Part shown: positions 58,277-64,000 of the stretch, in pieces
How positions within the stretch are numbered: position 1 is the stretch's first letter
Layout: each line of letters begins with the position of its first letter
Source of the DNA: Azolla caroliniana
Taxonomy: Eukaryota; Plantae; Polypodiophyta
DNA length: 64,000 bases
Direction of reading: 5' to 3'
Assembly: GCA_043228905.1 (NCBI GenBank)
Contig: JBHGNT010000004.1
Coordinates: 16,058,001 to 16,122,000, forward strand
Made by a program: the position numbers and the translations under genes
Notes under the pieces: model-generated
Databases searched by the model: none
The model's input: the letters and a program-made list of their open reading frames with translations, nothing else
Told to the model about the DNA's origin: nothing

Positions 58277-60594
58277 TCTAAAAACGAATAGCGTGCAGAA
58301 GTAGTAGAAAACCGAACACAGAAACGCAGGTTTAATGGAGAGCTTGACAGTACGCGGGAGAGACAGAGAAAGAGCAGAAGAAGATAAATCTATTTCAAAA
58401 CAATAATAGCTCTCTGTACATAAAACGTGCTCAACAACACTATTTATACAAGTCCTAAGAGGACTGACAGAAGTACGGTGTACTTCAATGCTCATACGAG
58501 CGTCAGACACTAACTACGAGTCATTAACTCCCTACCAGTCTAGGCTGCTCCTAGGCTTCCGGTTACTGTTGGATCCAGCTAACCGGCTGCCGAGCTCACT
58601 GGCTCACCGATCCGGCTCATCCTTCTGGATGTCGATCCGGGTAAGGCTTATTCAGCCGAACCGGATGCGTTTGAGCTTGCCGCTCAACACTCCCCCTCAA
58701 GCTCAACTTGAGGTTGGATCGTAGTGTCAGTCTCCATGGCAGCCAGTCCTTACACGCAGCTCCTTCTGGCATCACTCTGCCTCACTCGCGCTCCTTGTCC
58801 GGTCCGGTTCCATTTGTCGCGACCCATCTGATTCTACGCACCTCGACCTCCTCGATTGGCTTGTCTGCTCAACAGCCCCAATTCAGCTCCCTCGTTGCTG
58901 TGACTTCGGTGCTTGCCAATTCATCGATTCCTTCATGTTGGCGTCGACTTTCGCTGCCTTCTCGTCCGCTTGGCCTTCAGTTGATCCGGTTCTTCCGAAT
59001 CCGTCTGTTGAACCGAATCGGCTGTCTCCAATTCGTTCCAGTTCTTGTCGGAAACGGTCGCTCCCGATTCGTCTTGCAGTTCCAGGCCTTTCACCACATC
59101 GGACCATGTCCTAGTCTTGGCCTTCTTCTTGTCTCCCCCTTTGTTAGTTCGCCCATCACCAACACAATCGGCAATTTCTTTGCCTTTGCCCGTTCCGGTG
59201 TCTTTGCACGTTCTTCCCTCAAGTGTGGCACGTTGAGATGCTGAACACCAAGCATTTCCATGAAGTGCTGCAACTTGTGCGATCCGGCTTGGTGCAGATG
59301 TCGGCAACTTGCCGCTCCGTATGAACATACCGAAGTTCTACTTCACCGTTCAAAACACGCTCACGTACGAAGTGGTAGTGCACTTCTATGTGCTTTGTGT
59401 GAGCATGGAATACAGGGTTATTGGCGAGCTGCATGCTGCTTATGTTGTAGCAATAGATCAGGATCGAGGTCGGTACCTCGATCCGCAGGTCTTGCAACAA
59501 TCGTCGAAGCCCACAGGTGGCAATAGTAGCGCCCCGGTATTCAGCCTCAGTGCTTGAAAGGGCCACTATTGGCTGCTTTCTACTACTCCACGCAACAGCC
59601 ACGCTACCAAGGGAAAACATATAGCCAGAGGTGAATCGGCGATCCAATGCATTGTCAGCCCAGTCGGCATCGGTGTAGCCGACTAGCTCTTCGGTTATAC
59701 CATGCTGGTATAACAGTCCCCGGTCCTTCGTGCCGCTCACATATCGCAAAATTCAATGCACGCACAGAAGGTGCTCAAGCGTCGGCTTCTACATATATTG
59801 GCTGATCACGCCGACCGGATAACTGATGTCGGGTTGGGTGATTATCAAATATATAAGGCTTCCGACGATTTGTCAGAACCGCTTCTCATCGCAGGCCGGT
59901 CCGGAGTCGGGACGGAGCTTCTGGTTCCGATCCAAGGGTGTGGAGATTGGTCGGCATTCCGTCATGCCGAACTTGTAAAACATATTCAACACATAGTGTC
60001 TTTGTGAGAGCAATATGCCGTCAGGGGTTCGGATCACCTCAATCCCAAGGAAATAGTGAAGGTCCCTAGGTCCTTCATCTCAAATGCTTCCGACAGCTGG
60101 GACTTGACTCTGCTGATTTCCTCAAGTCCGGGTCCGGTGATAACTAGATCATCAAAATACAACAATATGCAAACCGGATTGTCTGAACCTTGCCTGATGA
60201 ACAACGAAGAGTCGGACTTGGAGGCCGCAAACCCCATCTTACACAACCGGTGCGTGATCTTCGCATTCCAAGCTCAGGGGGCCTGATTCAAGCCATAAAG
60301 TGACTTCTTCAGCCGGCATACCGCCGACTTGTTTATCTCCATCTGGAAACCAGGGGGTTGGGTCATAAAGACCTCTTCTTCAAGATCGCCTTGAAGAAAT
60401 GCAATCTTCACCTCCATCTGGTGAAGATGCCACACCCTTGCCGCAGCAACCACCAACACCACACAAACCGTCGTCATCTTCGCTACCGGAGCGAAGGTCT
60501 CATCGTAGTTCATTCCATGGATTTGTGCGTATCCCCTCGCAACTAACCGGGCCTTATACTGGTTAACCGAACCGTCGGCATTGTACTTTACCTT
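58277..60594 (-). mobile_element. J: Bryco-like copia 3' part (RT, RNase H, 3' extension, PPT 58701-58690, 3' LTR 58689-58277)
   Basis: [24 protein letters not shown]...ALSSTEAEY...KHIEVHYHF; CTTGAGGGGGAG|TGTTGAG. Confidence 0.9.
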
Positions 60595-60765
60595 TGTAAA
60601 AGTTGTGCGGAAGCAATAGAAGACCGAACACATAAATGCAGGTTTAATGGAGAGCTTAGATTATACACAGTACGTGGGAGAGACAAAGAGAGAGAGAGAG
60701 AGAACACACAGAAACTCAATTCAAAATAATACTCAATCTGTATATTGTATGTGTTCAGTGAGCAC
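60595..60765 (-). repeat. Truncated Bryco-like LTR (3' end) inserted in the J RT
   Basis: Homologous to 58277-58440 and to the D1 LTR; ends TTTTACA directly against RT codons with no PBS. Confidence 0.75.
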
Positions 60766-61026
60766 ACAGAAACGGCCGATATGGTCATAGAAAGAGCGCT
60801 ACAGCTCGAGCTGGATGAAGAAGAGGAAAGATTTTCCATGTCCTCATTAGGACAGGTGTTACCTCAGGACGAGGAACGACATTTTCGTCAAGAGATCCAG
60901 TGCACGATTTGCTTGAATTCAGGACATTCCGTAGTTGAATGCAACATGTGAATCAACTGTCCAATCTATCACTCAGTTGAGTAGTGCGAGTACAATATGT
61001 TGAACAGAGCCACGCCCACAGTATGC
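60766..61026 (+). pseudogene. gag: L: gag fragment of a B/C-group gypsy
   Basis: VIERAL...HFRQEIQCTICLNSGHSVVEC...EYNMLN. Confidence 0.8.
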
Positions 61027-64000
61027 TGTCGCGTTGTTGCGCGCGTACGTGTAGAAAGGGGCGGGACCACGGGGGTCTTGTACCGAGGAGCGAGAGAGAG
61101 AGAAACAGAGAGAGAGAGATTCTCCGGCACGTAGGAGCGAGAAAGAGAGAAAACAGAACGCAACACTTAGCTATAATGATAGAGATTACAAACTCCAACG
61201 GTTACAATCGACAAAGCGGCGACAGGCCTGACACGGGGACCCTACTCACGCACACCGACGACAGTCACCGACTCAAGGAAACAAAGGGGTAAGGGGAGCG
61301 ACTCTGCTGGAAGCGCACGGGCTGTCCACGAAGTAGAGGCAGCGACCTCCCGACACCCGCAGGGAGCGACGATTCCAGTCGTAGAGAGAGCTCTCCTTTC
61401 CATTCTGCGGCAACCTCTTTCCTCTCCCTCGCGCGCGATCCCTCTTTTCTTTCTCCTCTTGCCTTTTATCCCCCCTCCCCCGTTGGGATACGCACAATCC
61501 CCTCTAATAAATGCGTGTGGCTTAGTAGTCACATCCACCGGTTCGCGTACAAAGTATCCAATCACACGTCCATCTGTGTAGGGGCCGGTTTATGCGCTTT
61601 CTCTCTGATTCCGCCTATGGCCGGTTTTCTTCACGACATCCACCCCCACCAAACCCCGCATCCACCGGTATGCGCCAGAGACGGGTAGATATCGAAGAAA
61701 CCAACCTCACTCATTGCTCTTCGGTTCTCCATCGGACCCGAACTGGTCGTTGTTGTCGCTCCCACTCGAAGGCTCCGGCTCGTCTTCGAACCGCTTTTTG
61801 AAAGCTTTGATCCGCTTTTCGGCCACTGGCACCGCTAACCGTGTCCCGTCGAGCTCCGCGAGGTGGTACGTGCCGTTGCCGTTGTCGCTCGTCACCATGT
61901 AGGGCCCGAACAATCTCCTAGCAAACTTTCGCACTGCTCTGTGTTGATTGTCGAGGCTGCTGTCGTACACCAAAACCCAATCGCCTTCCTCGATCTTCTT
62001 TGGTCGCAACCGGTGCCTCCGGTTGAACCGGGTCTTGTTACGCTCCCTCGCCGCTCGCAACTATTTCTTCGCCTGCATCACGTCCTCCGGCCTCCGCTCG
62101 AGTTGCCGATTCCATGCTGCCAACAACTCCTCCCAGCTCATTTCGTCCTTCCAATCTACTACCGCCCACGAAGAAACCGTCCGCTCCGCCGGCATAAATC
62201 CTATCACCGAACTGTGCATAGTCCAGTCCGCCCATAGCGCGTAAGGAAGGAGTCGGGGCCAATTCCCGACTTGCCCACCACATACACGCACCAACGCTTT
62301 TACGATAGGCCCGTGCCCACGTTCTACCTTTCCATTTGCCTCCTGGTTGTATGCCGTAGTGAGGGAGAGTTTGACGCCTAGCCGGTCGAACAGCTCTTCA
62401 GCTTCCCGCGCATCCAGCTCTCCCCGATCCGCCACGATCCTCCCGACACACCCGTACCGACACACTACCTCTTCGATCAGGAACCGGCATACCGCCGCGG
62501 TTGTCTTGCTTTGCAGTGCACGACCTTCCACCTGGTTCGTTAAGTCTTCCCGTGCAAGCACCAGGTATCGCATTTGTCGTACCCCCATCGGCATCGTCAC
62601 CAAGTCCACCATCCACTTGAAATGGACCATAGGCGGGTAGGTCGGGTGTAGCTCGTCCCAGTGTCGGACTACGGAGTGCACCTGACAGCTTTCGCAGGTT
62701 GTTACGAACCGGTGCACGTCCTGGTATAGCCCCGGCCACTAGTACTTCTCCTTCAGCTTCTCGAACGTGGCCCACATTCCGTGGTGTCCGGCCCATGGGC
62801 TCTCGTGGAATGCTGCCAGTAGTTTTCTCTGTTCTTCTTTCTTTGCTACTACTCGGAGCGGGGTGTCGCTTCTCTTCTTTGGGTGTTTCCATATGCACCC
62901 GTCCCATAGGAAGAATCGGTATGCCTTCCTCCGTATCCGGCTCACCTTCTCTCTCACCCATGCTGCGTCCAGCGTCATTGTCCGTAAGAACCTCCCGATT
63001 TGGAGCCACTCCCCGTCGTACCCGCTTTCGTCAAATTCGTTAAGCGCCGGAGTGTTCCCTTTCCTTCTTGTTGTTACGTTAGCCGACCCGAAGAAGTCCT
63101 CGCCGACCTCTTCGTCCTCCGAAACCATGCCGTCTTCGTCGTTGAACCTTGCCCTCGAAAGCATGTCGGCCATGGCGTTGTCCTTTCCGGAGATGTGCCG
63201 TATCTCCGGGTTCAGGAACTTAATGTACGCTATCCACCGGAGCATTGCTAGGTCCGGCGTCGCGCATCTAGAAACCATGCCGAGTATCGGCAGGCAGTCC
63301 ATCTCGATAATCACCTCCGTCCCGATAAGATAATCCTTGTCGGCCTTGATCGTTGAAACGACACCCCAAATTTCGTGCTTAACTTGGGCGTACCCTCGCT
63401 GCCGCTCGCTCAATACCTTCGCCCCGAACCGGATCGGGAATCGCGCACCACCCTTGTCCTCCTGACTGATTACCCACCCGATCCTGGTCAGGCTGGTGTC
63501 CACCGTTACGCAGATGGGAACATCCTTGCCGTAAACCGCTTTACGGAGAGCCAGTGCTGCTGTAAGCGCCTCCTTTAGTCTCTGAACCAACTCCATGTGC
63601 TCCGTTATCTCTGACTGTCCGAAGGCCGACTTTTCCTCAGAGAAGGTGAGCCTCGCGCGCTCTAGTCTCTGCAGCACCTTCTCGCAGTCATCGATGTGGG
63701 ACGCCATGAAATTCCGACATCCGTCCGGCCCGATTGCCGCGTCCCTTTCCTCCACCGGGCATCCCTTGATCGGGATGTCATCTAAGAACGACATGGTGAG
63801 CACTTTGTTCATCGCGTTCACCATGTGAGCCACTGAGTTCGTCCCTCCTTGTGGCAGGGTGCACATCCGCACCAGGCCGAGAGGAGTCAGCATCGTCGTA
63901 ATGTCTCTGCTCTCCACAGCTAGTTGGAACTGATCATACCCTGAGTACAGATCACTGACAGAATAGATCGACCTTCCAGCGAAGGACTCCGCGAACTCGT
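61027..64000 (-). mobile_element. K: tRNA-Trp-group gypsy 3' part (RT, RNase H, integrase, PPT 61650-61639, 3' LTR 61638-61027)
   Basis: ORFs 62739-63917, 62061-62717 and 61707-62060; LTR TGTCGTG...CGCGACA (612 bp) after GGTGGGGGTGGA. Confidence 0.9.

Overview
The whole window is a nest of LTR retrotransposons from a eukaryote, most likely a seed-free land plant such as a moss or liverwort (inferred from the retroelement protein types and plant-type tRNA primer-binding sites). I found no host gene. Labels below are mine. Three groups are present. (1) tRNA-Trp-primed gypsy elements with TGTCG...CGACA LTRs and a 4-bp target site: E0 1-29975 (-), E1 1102-25417 (+), F 34513-36230 (+), gag-only I 54165-57596 (+), K 61027-64000 (-). 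(2) tRNA-Arg-primed non-chromovirus (Athila/Tat/Phygy-like) gypsy elements carrying a large extra coiled-coil ORF after pol: B1 2682-11736 (+), B2 14544-23908 (-), very young C 39480-48825 (+, identical LTRs), fragments B3 and L. (3) Copia elements: Tnt1/Tork-like G 36311-51201 (-) and Bryco-like D0, D1, H and J. Nesting order: D0>E0>E1>(B1,B2); D0>M>D1>F; H>G>C; B3>(I,J); L>K. The most striking observation is that both group-2 elements with an intact 3' end have no polypurine tract next to the 3' LTR. Instead they carry a conserved, covarying stem-loop resembling the 3' half of tRNA-Arg and ending in CCA exactly 2 nt before the LTR, so the antisense strand reads as a second primer-binding site. 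Other leads: CpG-centred 4-bp targets for the Trp group, tRNA-derived Pol III-like cassettes inside LTRs, an internal TATA and purine tract before the extra ORF, strong CCGG enrichment, and hairpins enclosing the copia PPT. All coordinates and tRNA assignments were made by eye or from recall and need computational confirmation.
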